Shown here one piece after another: positions 34,646 to 43,875 of a stretch of DNA of 64,000 nucleotides. The notes under the pieces are model-generated. The model made no database searches. It was not told where the DNA came from and worked only from the letters and a program-made list of their open reading frames with translations. The first letter of the stretch is position 1, and each line of letters begins with the position of its first letter. Source of the stretch: an uncultured Bacteroidales bacterium (GTDB taxonomy: Bacteria; Bacteroidota; Bacteroidia; Bacteroidales; FEN-979); the NCBI GenBank assembly GCA_903913885.1, contig CAIWMX010000011.1, forward strand, positions 13,512 through 77,511, in the 5' to 3' direction. Made by a program: the position numbers and the translations under genes.

Positions 34646-36547
34646 ATGCGAAATCTCCTCTTATTTATCCTGTTTCCCTGCCTGTTGCTGAACCAGCATG
34701 CCGCAGGGCAGGCGGCCCGTTACCCGGTATCGGCCATCGACACGGCATTGCTGAAAAACGCCTCGGTGGTGGTACGCTGCAGCGATATGAACATTCATGT
34801 CTCGTCGCTGAATTCAGAATATCTCACCCATCACCTAGTGTTTACGATTCTGAAAGGAAGCGCTGCCGATGAAGCGATCCTGTCGGTCGCATACAACAAC
34901 TGGTCCGACATCGACCGGTTCGAAGGGGTCATGTATGATGCCAGGGGTGTGGTGATAAAAAAACTGGGAAAGAAGGATATCTTCGACCAGAGCGCCATCA
35001 GCGACGGCATGCTTTACTCCGACGAACGGATGAAGACCATCAGGCCGGTCATCGGCGGATATCCGGTTACCATTGAGTATTTCGTGAAGCAATCGTTCCG
35101 CCGCATGCTGGCCTATCCCACGTGGAAGCCGCAGTACTCCTTCAACATGGCGGTGGAATCAGCGAAGCTGACCCTGGAGGCCGACGGAGATCTCATGCCC
35201 CGGTTCAAAGCCCTCCGTATCCCTGAAAATGCGGTTGTTTCCGGCGACGGAACAAAAACGAAGACCTGGGAGATCGCCGGCCTTGCCGCTGTTACCGACG
35301 AACCGTTCAGCCCCCCGCTCACCGAACTGGCACCCGTCATCTATATTGAACCAAACACTTACTCGGTAAAGGGATATACCGGGGATTTCAGTTCGTGGAA
35401 ATCGTTTGGCGGGTGGATCGCCACCCTTCAGGAATCGCGCGACAGCCTCAGCGCCACTGTGCATGCCAGGATGAACGAACTGGTGAGCGGAACGGATAAC
35501 CTCACCGAGAAGGTAAAACGCGTTTACCGGTACATGCAGTCTACGTGCAGGTATGTCAGCGTGGATGTGGGCATTGGCGGGATCCAGTCGGAGATGGCCG
35601 ACAAGGTTGCCCGGCTTGGGTATGGCGATTGCAAAGGCCTGGTAAACTACACCGGTGCCCTGCTGAAGGCGGCCGGCATTCCTTCCTACTACACGCTCGT
35701 AAGGTCGGGTGACAACGCCGAAGCCATCCAGCGCGACTTCCCCGGGAACCAGTTCGACCACGTCATTCTCTTTGTTCCCACTGCGAAAGACTCCATCTGG
35801 CTCGAATGCACCGGGATGAAAATGCCGTTTGGGTACCTCGGCAATTTCACCGACGACCGCGATGTGCTGGCCATGACGCCGCAGGGCGGCCTGCTGCTCC
35901 ACACGCCCGTTTATCCAAAAGAGCAAAATACCAGTTCCAGGATCACGCGGATGACCGTCGATTCAACGGGCGAGGCTACGGTTCAGATGAAGAGCATTTA
36001 CCGGGGGCTGCAGTTCGACCCGGTGATGGAGCAACCATACAGGTCGGCCGACGAGCAGAAGGAAGCCCTGCGAAAGCACTTTCGGGTTCCCGGTGTGCTG
36101 TTCAGTTCCGTGTCTTATAAAGCTTACGGCGACCGGCTCCCGGTGATGGAGGAACAGGCAAAGGCTGTGGTTCCGAAGTTTTCATCGGTCAGTGGCAACC
36201 GCATGTTCATTTTCCTGAACCGGTTCCTCGACAACCCCGGTACCTTTGCCCGCGACAACCAGCGCAAATACGATGTGGTGGTGAACGATCCCTATATCGA
36301 TTACGACACCGTGGTGGTGGAGATACCCCGCGGGTGCAGGATCGAGACCTCCCCCGCCCCTGCCGAACTTAAAACCCGTTTCGGGATGCTGAATTCGGAA
36401 GTTAAAACCGACGGGAAAACCGTCACGATGTACCGCCGCTTTGAACTTGAAAAAGGGCGCTACCCGGCCGGTCAGTACAATGCATTCGTCGATTTCCTGC
36501 GGCAGGTTGCCAGGCAGGATAACAGCGGGGTGGTGGTGATCAGATGA
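34646..36547 (+). CDS. DUF3857 + transglutaminase-like cysteine-protease-fold protein
   Basis: 633 aa with a signal peptide. The TGase core GYGDCKGLVNYTGALLKAAGIPSYY has the Cys present. Starts 4 bp after the paralog upstream. Confidence 0.75.
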   Translation: MRNLLLFILFPCLLLNQHAAGQAARYPVSAIDTALLKNASVVVRCSDMNIHVSSLNSEYLTHHLVFTILKGSAADEAILSVAYNNWSDIDRFEGVMYDARGVVIKKLGKKDIFDQSAISDGMLYSDERMKTIRPVIGGYPVTIEYFVKQSFRRMLAYPTWKPQYSFNMAVESAKLTLEADGDLMPRFKALRIPENAVVSGDGTKTKTWEIAGLAAVTDEPFSPPLTELAPVIYIEPNTYSVKGYTGDFSSWKSFGGWIATLQESRDSLSATVHARMNELVSGTDNLTEKVKRVYRYMQSTCRYVSVDVGIGGIQSEMADKVARLGYGDCKGLVNYTGALLKAAGIPSYYTLVRSGDNAEAIQRDFPGNQFDHVILFVPTAKDSIWLECTGMKMPFGYLGNFTDDRDVLAMTPQGGLLLHTPVYPKEQNTSSRITRMTVDSTGEATVQMKSIYRGLQFDPVMEQPYRSADEQKEALRKHFRVPGVLFSSVSYKAYGDRLPVMEEQAKAVVPKFSSVSGNRMFIFLNRFLDNPGTFARDNQRKYDVVVNDPYIDYDTVVVEIPRGCRIETSPAPAELKTRFGMLNSEVKTDGKTVTMYRRFELEKGRYPAGQYNAFVDFLRQVARQDNSGVVVIR

Positions 36548-36697
36548 ACAGTGAAAAATGAACACAGATTGTAACCATTTTGGAAATCAATAAAACGTTA
36601 ACAATGAAGATTGTGATAGCTCACTGTACTCCCGGCGGGAGTATCGAGCGGGCTGTCAACATTAAAGTGCCATGAATTTGCTTTACCCGGCCCGGGC

Positions 36698-36728
36698 TTG
36701 CAAACGCTGTTTTTTGTTCATATATTTG
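36698..36728 (+). promoter_or_regulatory. Bacteroidota-type promoter (-33 TTG / -7 TATATTTG)
   Basis: TTG at 36698-36700, a 20-nt spacer, then TATATTTG at 36721-36728. This matches the TTG-N19-21-TAnnTTTG consensus and lies 41 nt before the ATG at 36769. Confidence 0.45.
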
Positions 36729-36768
36729 GAAACCGGTCATTTTCATTCAACCCGGAAATCCCCACAAG

Positions 36769-38613
36769 ATGAAAACACTATCCATTGCCGCCATTATCAT
36801 GATCATGGGTATCATGACCATGGGCCAAAGCAGAATAAGCACTGCTGTCGAATCGCGTGTAAGGCAAAATGCTCCGGCTGTCCCAGCCGATGACATGGTG
36901 CTGCCGCTTCGGGTCTCTTCCGGAGCCCCGCTTTCAAAACCGGCAATGGAAGTCCAGATCGGAGGTTCGCGTTACGATATGCAAACCAACCAGGCTATCT
37001 CGAACCGTATCTGCCTCTTTCCCGATGGCACACTCTCGGCCGTGTGGACCCAGGGATTTACCGATCCCTCTTTCCCCGACCGCGGAACAGGTTATAACTA
37101 TTTTAATGGTACAGCATGGCTGCCGGACCCGGCTTCCAGGATAGAGAATCTCCGGACCGGCTGGCCCTGCATCGCCCCGGTGAACGGGAACGGTGAGATT
37201 ATCATTTGTCACCGGTCCGGCACGGCTGAGATTGTGGTCGAGACCCGGCCCGTAAAGGGAACCGGTAACTGGACAACCAGTTCTATCCTGCCCCCGGCAG
37301 GCGCTTCCGGACTCGGCTGGCCACGGATGATCACATCCGGGCCGACCAACAGTTTTGTTCACATGATCCTGATCACCACCCCCACCGCCAGCGGCGGAAC
37401 GGCCTACCAGGGGCTCGATGCCGCGCTGCTTTACTACCGGTCGCCCGATGGCGGGGTTACCTGGAACAAGCAGGCCGTTTTGCTGCCCCAGCTTACTTCG
37501 GCCGACTATGACGGTTTCGCGGGCGATGTCTATGCATGGGGTACGCCACATGGCAACACCATCTATTTCGCCGCGGGCGCCCCCTATTCCGACACTTTTA
37601 TCATGAAATCCAATGATAATGGCAACACATGGACAAAGATCCCTGTGCTGAGCAATGCAAATAAAAAGATCGCTGCCGGAATAACTGACCTTCCCCCATG
37701 GAAGAGCGCCGACGGTTCTATGGCGGTTGAAATGGGCCACACGGGTATTATTCACCTGGCATTTGGCGTTGGCGGAGGGGTTGTTACCGGGGGCACAAAG
37801 TATATCACCGGCAACCTTAACGGCCTCGTTTACTGGAATACGACGATGCCCATGCTGAAAGACAGTCTCGATCTTGACACCCTGGATGCTCACGGGCAGT
37901 TGCTCGCATATGTGAGCAACGGGCCGAATCCGTGGGATACTCTCGTTGATGTTCCCTTCTACCGGGTTGCCATGACGAGTTTTCCCCAGATCACCATAGA
38001 TCAATTCAACGACATCTACTTTTTATGGTCGGGCGTAACCACGGAGAATCCCTCCCCGGAAAATTTCAACTACCGCCATCTGTTTGCCCGGCCGTGTTAT
38101 CACAACCACGCGACGATGTCGCCTCCTCTTGATCTGGAAGAAGATTTCATTCATGTTTTCCAGGAATTCGTCTATCCTGCCATGGCTAAAAAAACATGGC
38201 TTTACAATCTCCAGATCATTTACCAGTCCTCTTCCCAGCCCGGATCCAATATCGCCTCAACGTCGATCCCGGTCCATGATGTCACGATCGGGTTTCTGAC
38301 TGTGCCTGAATCCGTATTTTACCCGGTGGGCACCGGGCATCCGGCATTAACAGAGCCATTTACCGTGAGCCAGAGTTTTCCTAACCCCGCCAGGGAGTTT
38401 GCCGGTTTTGACGTAACAACCCAATCACCCTCCGGAATATCGGTGATTGTCTGCAACATGTTCGGGGAGAAGATAATGACCCTGGATAAGGGAATTCTTC
38501 CCGCCGGGAAAAATAAGATCACGCTGGATGTGAGCCGGCTGACTCCGGGCATCTATTTTTATACCGTAACGGTTGATGGTCATTCCGTCACGCATAAAAT
38601 GATCGCCGGTTAA
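36769..38613 (+). CDS. BNR/sialidase-like beta-propeller protein with a T9SS CTD
   Basis: 614 aa. Signal peptide, BNR motifs SPDGGVTW and SNDNGNTW, and a C-terminal T9SS sorting domain (..SVIVCNMFGEKIMTL..GIYFYTVTVDG..). Confidence 0.72.
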   Translation: MKTLSIAAIIMIMGIMTMGQSRISTAVESRVRQNAPAVPADDMVLPLRVSSGAPLSKPAMEVQIGGSRYDMQTNQAISNRICLFPDGTLSAVWTQGFTDPSFPDRGTGYNYFNGTAWLPDPASRIENLRTGWPCIAPVNGNGEIIICHRSGTAEIVVETRPVKGTGNWTTSSILPPAGASGLGWPRMITSGPTNSFVHMILITTPTASGGTAYQGLDAALLYYRSPDGGVTWNKQAVLLPQLTSADYDGFAGDVYAWGTPHGNTIYFAAGAPYSDTFIMKSNDNGNTWTKIPVLSNANKKIAAGITDLPPWKSADGSMAVEMGHTGIIHLAFGVGGGVVTGGTKYITGNLNGLVYWNTTMPMLKDSLDLDTLDAHGQLLAYVSNGPNPWDTLVDVPFYRVAMTSFPQITIDQFNDIYFLWSGVTTENPSPENFNYRHLFARPCYHNHATMSPPLDLEEDFIHVFQEFVYPAMAKKTWLYNLQIIYQSSSQPGSNIASTSIPVHDVTIGFLTVPESVFYPVGTGHPALTEPFTVSQSFPNPAREFAGFDVTTQSPSGISVIVCNMFGEKIMTLDKGILPAGKNKITLDVSRLTPGIYFYTVTVDGHSVTHKMIAG

Positions 38614-38653
38614 CCGGGGAATCCCGTGACCTCTCCACAGATCCATTCATAAC

Positions 38654-39088
38654 ATGAAACAGATCATCATTCTCCTGGTACTATTCCTCCCGGTATTTTC
38701 AGCGTGCAAAAAAAGCTTGCAGGACAAGCCGTCCCTGAATGTCGCCTCGGCCGACTGGTACACAACGACCACCAAATCAGCCGCGATTACATTCTGCGAT
38801 GTCCACCTGAAGGTAGCCGGGACAACGAATGCCGCGCTGCTTTCCATAGCCACTTACGGCGACGGGGTGAACGGTTGCACCGAACTCAAATGCGACACGG
38901 AACACCGGTTCAGCGCCGATGTGGTTATCTGTTTTTTCATGGTGAAGGATTCGGCACAGCGGAAATTCTCCACCGAACTTACTGCCTATTCCAGCAGGGT
39001 TAAACCCGCGGTCGTGCTTTGCAACGCGGTGGGTTCGGGAGAAACGATAAGTTATCCTGTGGAAAGCCAATTTCTGAAATGCTACTGA
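38654..39088 (+). CDS. hypothetical lipoprotein
   Basis: 144 aa. Lipobox LPVFSAC. No recognisable domain. Confidence 0.5.
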   Translation: MKQIIILLVLFLPVFSACKKSLQDKPSLNVASADWYTTTTKSAAITFCDVHLKVAGTTNAALLSIATYGDGVNGCTELKCDTEHRFSADVVICFFMVKDSAQRKFSTELTAYSSRVKPAVVLCNAVGSGETISYPVESQFLKCY

Positions 39089-39210
39089 GGCAGCGGCGGC
39101 CGCTCCTTGCCAATAAAATGGCTCACGGCGCTGCGTCCCTTGCACCGCCCGCACTTTTCTTTTCAACTCGCATTTGCTCAAAGGAACAGCCGGCTTAAGC
39201 TCCCACTGTA

Positions 39211-41379
39211 CTACGGGACGAAGAGGAGGCGGAAGCCAATATTGTAGTTGGAACGGGCAGGGTCGTAGTAGTCGCGGTAAGCCGACCGGCAGAAGCCAGC
39301 ATTGCCGATCCACGAGCCGCCGCGACTCACACGGCGCGTACCCGTTACAGGGCCGGCAGGATTTTCAACAACTCCCATTGATTTGCATTCTTCATAGTAT
39401 TTCTCACCATACCTGTCAATGCACCATTCCCACACATTGCCGTGCATATTATACAAACCCCATGGATTGGGTGCGAAACTACCGGCAGCGATCGTGTTTT
39501 TCCTGAAAATTCCCTTCTTGTTTTTCTTATACGGAAAATTTCCGTTATAATTTGCCTGATCGGTAGTCAGGTTGTCGCCGGTGCTGAATGGCGATGTCGT
39601 TCCTGCACGGCAGGCATATTCCCACTCTGCTTCCGTTGGCAAACGAAAGGTCTTGCCGGTTTTTGATGAAAGCCAGTTTGCAAAGGCAACCGCATCGTTC
39701 CAACTGACATGGATGACAGGATGATCCGATTCGCGTTCATCACGTTCTTTTCCCGAAACGCCGAAACGCCAGTTTATTCCTTCTCTATCCTTCCATTCCT
39801 TACCATCAAAAACCCTGCTGGTGCCTGATTTTTCGGCATCGGTAAGGTACCTTGATTCTTCATCAAATTTTTTAAAATCGGCAACCGTAACGGCGTACTT
39901 ACACATGTAAAAATCGGAAAGTCTCACGGGGTGTTGCATCTCATCATTATTCCGCCCGGTTTCATTCTCAAAACATCCCATTAAAAACTCTCCGCCTTTT
40001 ATCGCAACATAATTCGATGAGACCAAGGATGTTGCACCCATTATTTCTGAACAGAACTTTTTTGCCTGATCCATCCCTGCAAAATCCAGCATCATGGCAA
40101 AATCCAGGTTTTCGGCCGCCTCTTTTGCCAGGAAAAACTCCAGGATCGATTTATGGGCAAATTTCCAGTTGTTTTCGGCATCGCGGGTAAGGAGCGACTG
40201 GCCGGTCATCTGGTAATCCTTCAGTTCCACGTTCACATCGGTGGCATCGGCCTTGCTCAGCTGCAGGGAATGGGTCTCTTTTCGCTTTTCGTAAATTTTC
40301 ACGGCCACCAGTTGTGAATATTTATGGAGGTTCTGTTTTAGTTTTTCGCGATCTGTTTGTTTATGCTCACGCTTTTCGCCTTCGCGATCAATCCATTTGT
40401 TTACCAGGGTTTCATAGATCTGGTAGGTGTTGGTAAATGTTAGGTCGCCTCCAACCAGGTTGTCCACGTAACTGAGCAGCATGGGGCGGGCCATCAGGTT
40501 TGGCGACTCTTCGACAATTTGCCGGGCGATCCGTTTTTTCGGGTAGTTCCAGAACCTGAAGATGCCGTATTTTTTATTCAGGTATCGCCTGATTTCGTTG
40601 TCATCGAACGGGGAGAGGTAGAATTTCCCGAGGACATGAAACTTGTCATTGTTAAAATTGGGGATTTTCAGTTCGTAGGGCTGGCTTTCTTCCCCGGGGA
40701 AATACTGCGTGCGGCTGGTAATGACCACTTCGCGGAAATCCTGCACGGTTTCAATGACTTCATCCAGCACCTTGCGAAAACGCTCGTCATCGGTGAGCCC
40801 GTCGGGTTCGGCCGGGGGAAGGATTTTCGTGTATTCGTCGAATGCATCAAGCAGTAAAATGGTGTTTGGGATATCCTCCTTTTTTATCTCTTTGATTTTA
40901 TCAATGATATTGCCCTTGTATCCAAAAGGGATCAGCTTCATCTTATATTTGCGCCGGAAATTGAAAAAGGAGTTGTACCGCACGAACAAATTGATCATGA
41001 AGGTGGTTTTTCCCATGCCCGAATCAGCCAAAACGAGATAAAACTTATCGCTCACCTTTTTCCCGTTAAAGGCTGTATTGATAAAGTGCGGGATCAATTT
41101 TGATTTTGAAACGAACGGGTTTGAAAACCCCGGTTCCGCTTCCCTTGTCGGTGAATTATTCTGGTATTGGCTCTCAATAAACAAAGCGCGTTTTTCCTGA
41201 ATGTTTTTTTCGTTGAAATAGGGCGCCAGGTCTTTTGCCGCGTTCACGTTCTGGTAGCGTTTGTACAACGAGCTGGCCACGTATCCCAGCAAAGCGATCA
41301 ACACCCCTGAAAGCCCGGGAATGGTGATCCCCGAATGATCGACCACCGCCTTGATGATTGCTTCGAATACTTTTTCCAT
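39211..41379 (-). CDS. membrane-anchored NACHT (STAND) NTPase fused to a C-terminal FGE-sulfatase/SUMF1 domain
   Basis: 722 aa. One N-terminal TM (LSGVLIALLGYVASSLY). Walker A DSGMGKTT, Walker B ILLLDAFDE, ITSR, LSPF, ARPMLL and FAHKSILEFFLA, in NACHT order. The C-terminal approximately 270 aa carry FGE-sulfatase hallmarks (HPVxxVSWNDAxAFxxWLS, RLPTEAEWEYACRAG, NxWGLYNMHGNVWEWC, RGGSW, GFRL). Confidence 0.8.
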   Translation of the reverse strand: MEKVFEAIIKAVVDHSGITIPGLSGVLIALLGYVASSLYKRYQNVNAAKDLAPYFNEKNIQEKRALFIESQYQNNSPTREAEPGFSNPFVSKSKLIPHFINTAFNGKKVSDKFYLVLADSGMGKTTFMINLFVRYNSFFNFRRKYKMKLIPFGYKGNIIDKIKEIKKEDIPNTILLLDAFDEYTKILPPAEPDGLTDDERFRKVLDEVIETVQDFREVVITSRTQYFPGEESQPYELKIPNFNNDKFHVLGKFYLSPFDDNEIRRYLNKKYGIFRFWNYPKKRIARQIVEESPNLMARPMLLSYVDNLVGGDLTFTNTYQIYETLVNKWIDREGEKREHKQTDREKLKQNLHKYSQLVAVKIYEKRKETHSLQLSKADATDVNVELKDYQMTGQSLLTRDAENNWKFAHKSILEFFLAKEAAENLDFAMMLDFAGMDQAKKFCSEIMGATSLVSSNYVAIKGGEFLMGCFENETGRNNDEMQHPVRLSDFYMCKYAVTVADFKKFDEESRYLTDAEKSGTSRVFDGKEWKDREGINWRFGVSGKERDERESDHPVIHVSWNDAVAFANWLSSKTGKTFRLPTEAEWEYACRAGTTSPFSTGDNLTTDQANYNGNFPYKKNKKGIFRKNTIAAGSFAPNPWGLYNMHGNVWEWCIDRYGEKYYEECKSMGVVENPAGPVTGTRRVSRGGSWIGNAGFCRSAYRDYYDPARSNYNIGFRLLFVP

Positions 41380-41440
41380 GCTGTTATGGTTTTGTGCCGG
41401 AAAGCTCCCCGTTCAAAAAAGTTTCTGAACTGCCGGATGA

Positions 41441-41448
41441 CAAATATA
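41441..41448 (-). promoter_or_regulatory. possible -7 box (TATATTTG) for the NACHT-FGE gene
   Basis: The minus strand reads TATATTTG 62 nt upstream of the ATG at 41379, downstream of the TonB terminator. No convincing -33 TTG is present. Confidence 0.3.
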
Positions 41449-41461
41449 AACATCTTCCCAT

Positions 41462-41495
41462 AAAAACGAAAACACCCCGGAAACCTTCCAGGGTG
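41462..41495 (-). terminator. rho-independent terminator after the TonB-family gene
   Basis: The minus strand reads CACCCTGG-AAGGTTT-CCGGGGTG (8-bp stem with one G-U pair) followed by TTTTCGTTTTT. Confidence 0.55.
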
Positions 41496-41540
41496 CATTC
41501 AAAAAAAATCATATTGCAACAACGTCCCTCGTCCCACGTA

Positions 41541-42311
41541 TCACTGCAACGTAAACTTCACCGGCAACGTGTACTGCACGCGAACCGGAACGCCCGCCTG
41601 CTTCCCCGGGCTCCACCTGGGCATCATCCCCACTACGCGCAAGGCCTCTTCGTCGCAGCCGGAGCCGATGCCGCGGCGCACGGCGATGTTTGAAACAGAC
41701 CCGTCGGGTTCAACCACAAAGTAGATGTAAACCCGGCCGGTCACGCCGATCTCACGGGCTTCGGCCGGGTATTTGATGTTGGACGAGAGAAACCGGAAGA
41801 GTTCGGCCTCGCCGCCGGGAAATTGCGGCATCTCCTCCACCGAGATCCACGGCTCCTGCTTGGGAACCGGCTGTTCAATTACATTTTTGTTGTTATCCAA
41901 CGGCGGAAGCTCGATATCCCCGGGCGCTACCGCAGCAACAGTTTGTCCCGACAAATCACCCTGGGTCGGCATGTCGGTTTCGATATCCTTGTCCACCACC
42001 ACAGGTGCCACAAAGGCCACCCGTTCGGGGATCGCGGGGTCGACCGGAGGCGGAGGCGGTGGGGGGTCGGCGCTGGGCGGCGCGATCGGGTCGTAAAAAC
42101 CGACGTTAGTACCGGCATGTATGAAGTGATTCGGGTTGAGATACGCCGCGACAAGCGGATAGGAAACAGCAGAAAGGATGACGAAGAGTCCGATGAGCAG
42201 GGCAACCAGAAGTTGTTTGTTGTAGTTCCTGCGAAGGAGGTAGGCACCATAGAGCTTGTTCTTGTTTTTAAAGACCAGCTCCTCCATTGATTCAACATGT
42301 TGTGTTTTCAT
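41541..42311 (-). CDS. tonB: energy transducer TonB family protein
   Basis: 256 aa. N-terminal TM, a Pro-rich spacer (PPSADPPPPPPPVDP), and a C-terminal TonB domain (MPQFPGGEAELFRFL..YPxxAxExGxxGRVYxxFVVxxDGS). Confidence 0.88.
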   Translation of the reverse strand: MKTQHVESMEELVFKNKNKLYGAYLLRRNYNKQLLVALLIGLFVILSAVSYPLVAAYLNPNHFIHAGTNVGFYDPIAPPSADPPPPPPPVDPAIPERVAFVAPVVVDKDIETDMPTQGDLSGQTVAAVAPGDIELPPLDNNKNVIEQPVPKQEPWISVEEMPQFPGGEAELFRFLSSNIKYPAEAREIGVTGRVYIYFVVEPDGSVSNIAVRRGIGSGCDEEALRVVGMMPRWSPGKQAGVPVRVQYTLPVKFTLQ

Positions 42312-42489
42312 ATTGCAATGTGTTAAAAGGTGACAGGAAAAAAAGAACGGTTTCGCCTCAGAATCATCTATAAAACGAGGTTACGGTGCCCCATATTGTA
42401 TTTGATGGCTGAAATAATAACGGCTCCATGCCAAAAACACCCTATTCCGGTAACACCTGTCACATCTCTCATAAATAATTGATGTATGT

Positions 42490-42521
42490 TTGAATTTGAA
42501 TAATTAATTTATTTACTTTTG
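42490..42521 (+). promoter_or_regulatory. candidate Bacteroidota-type promoter in the AT-rich 315-bp region ahead of the aromatic operon
   Basis: TTG at 42490-42492, a 21-nt spacer, then TACTTTTG at 42514-42521 (TAnnTTTG), about 105 nt before the first gene. Confidence 0.3.
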
Positions 42522-42626
42522 AAGCCCTTCCCCTTACTATTTCTGAGTTGATGATTTCCTTATTCTAGTTTTTGCTTTTTTCAGGAATTTTTATTTAGAT
42601 TCATTTAGCACTAAACCGGTACTGAT

Positions 42627-43790
42627 TTGAATACACTGAAAGAAATAGCAGCCCTGTGTGAAGACCTGGCCTTCGACCTCTCCTTTGCACGGGCCAGGGA
42701 GTGGAAATCGCAGGAGGCCGGCCGTGTCGTGGTGGGGCACATGCCCATCTATTTCCCGCGGGAGATCATCCATGCAGCCAACGGACTGGCGGTGGGGATC
42801 CTGGGGGGAGGAGATAAAAAGCTCATCATCAAGGGCGACGCCTATTACCAGTCATATATCTGCCACATGCCCAGGAGCATCGTCGAACTCGTGCTGGACA
42901 AGCATTTTGAAGGGTTCGACGGCTTCATCTTTCCTTCCATCTGCGACGTGATCCGCAACCTTTCAGGTATGTTCCAGCTGATGGGTGAAGGCAAATTCGT
43001 CAAGTATCTCGACCTGCCTCAGAATTTCAAGGCGCACATCGGTGGCACTTTTTACCGACACGAACTTCAAACGGTGATGGATGAAGTGTTCAAACTGAAC
43101 GGGGTGGTGATCACGGCCGAACGGCTCAACCATTCCATCGGACTGTTTAACCTGAACCGCCGGCTGATCTGCCAGTTGTATGATATCCGCCAGGATTTTC
43201 CGTGGCGGATGACGGCGGCCGACCTTTACCACATCGTGCGCGCGGGCTATGTCATTCCCGTGGAAGAACACAACGGAATCCTGGAACAGGCAGTCCGGCT
43301 GATCCAGCAGGAGACCGGCGACCCCATGGACAAGATCCGTGTGCTGGTGATGGGCGCTTTCTGCGAGCAGCCCCCCGCAGGACTGATCCGCACCATCGAA
43401 CTGGCAGGCTGTTATATCGTCGAAGACGATTTCCTGTTAGGCGCCCGGTGGATCCAGGGTGATATCGGCACCGGCAGCGCCGACCCGCTGGAGGCCATAA
43501 CCAGCGCCTACCTTGAAAAGAGCACCTTCTCCTCTTCGGTGTATGATGTGGGCAATCCCAAAGAGGCGCGCCTGCTCGACCTTATCCGGAAACGGAAGAT
43601 CGACGGGGTGATTTTTGCGGCACCCAGTTTCTGCGACCCGGCACTGCTCGACCACCCAATACTGCAGAAGGAGTGCAACGACAAAAATATCAGGTTTATC
43701 AGTTTTCTCTACAGCGAGAATACCGGTCAGTTCAAGGTGATCAAAGAGCAGGTGGGAACGTTCTCGGATTCTATCAAGTTGTGGGATTAA
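42627..43790 (+). CDS. bcrC: benzoyl-CoA reductase (class I, ATP-dependent) subunit C-like
   Basis: 387 aa and a member of the 2-hydroxyacyl-CoA dehydratase/BcrBC superfamily (..FPREIIHAANGLAVGILGG..YYQSYICHMPRS..IFPSICDVIRNL). First of a C-B-A-D-ordered four-gene set. The annotated start is TTG and its exact position is uncertain. Confidence 0.75.
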   Translation: MNTLKEIAALCEDLAFDLSFARAREWKSQEAGRVVVGHMPIYFPREIIHAANGLAVGILGGGDKKLIIKGDAYYQSYICHMPRSIVELVLDKHFEGFDGFIFPSICDVIRNLSGMFQLMGEGKFVKYLDLPQNFKAHIGGTFYRHELQTVMDEVFKLNGVVITAERLNHSIGLFNLNRRLICQLYDIRQDFPWRMTAADLYHIVRAGYVIPVEEHNGILEQAVRLIQQETGDPMDKIRVLVMGAFCEQPPAGLIRTIELAGCYIVEDDFLLGARWIQGDIGTGSADPLEAITSAYLEKSTFSSSVYDVGNPKEARLLDLIRKRKIDGVIFAAPSFCDPALLDHPILQKECNDKNIRFISFLYSENTGQFKVIKEQVGTFSDSIKLWD

Positions 43791-43875
43791 CCTTTTAACG
43801 TTTTACCAGGATATGAAAAATAAAACCATAAACGCATAAACAGAACATTCCTAACCCCTGATTAAACCCAGTCTT

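Noticed and set aside
39211-39340. The C-terminal end of the FGE-sulfatase domain (RGGSWIGNAGFCRSAYRDYYDPARSNYNIGFRL) as the variable region of a diversity-generating retroelement
   Set aside because: This is the position where DGR targets vary. However, I found no template repeat resembling this ~120-bp segment in the flanking DNA and no reverse transcriptase gene anywhere in the window. DGR involvement therefore cannot be supported here, and only a genome-wide TR/RT search could revive it.
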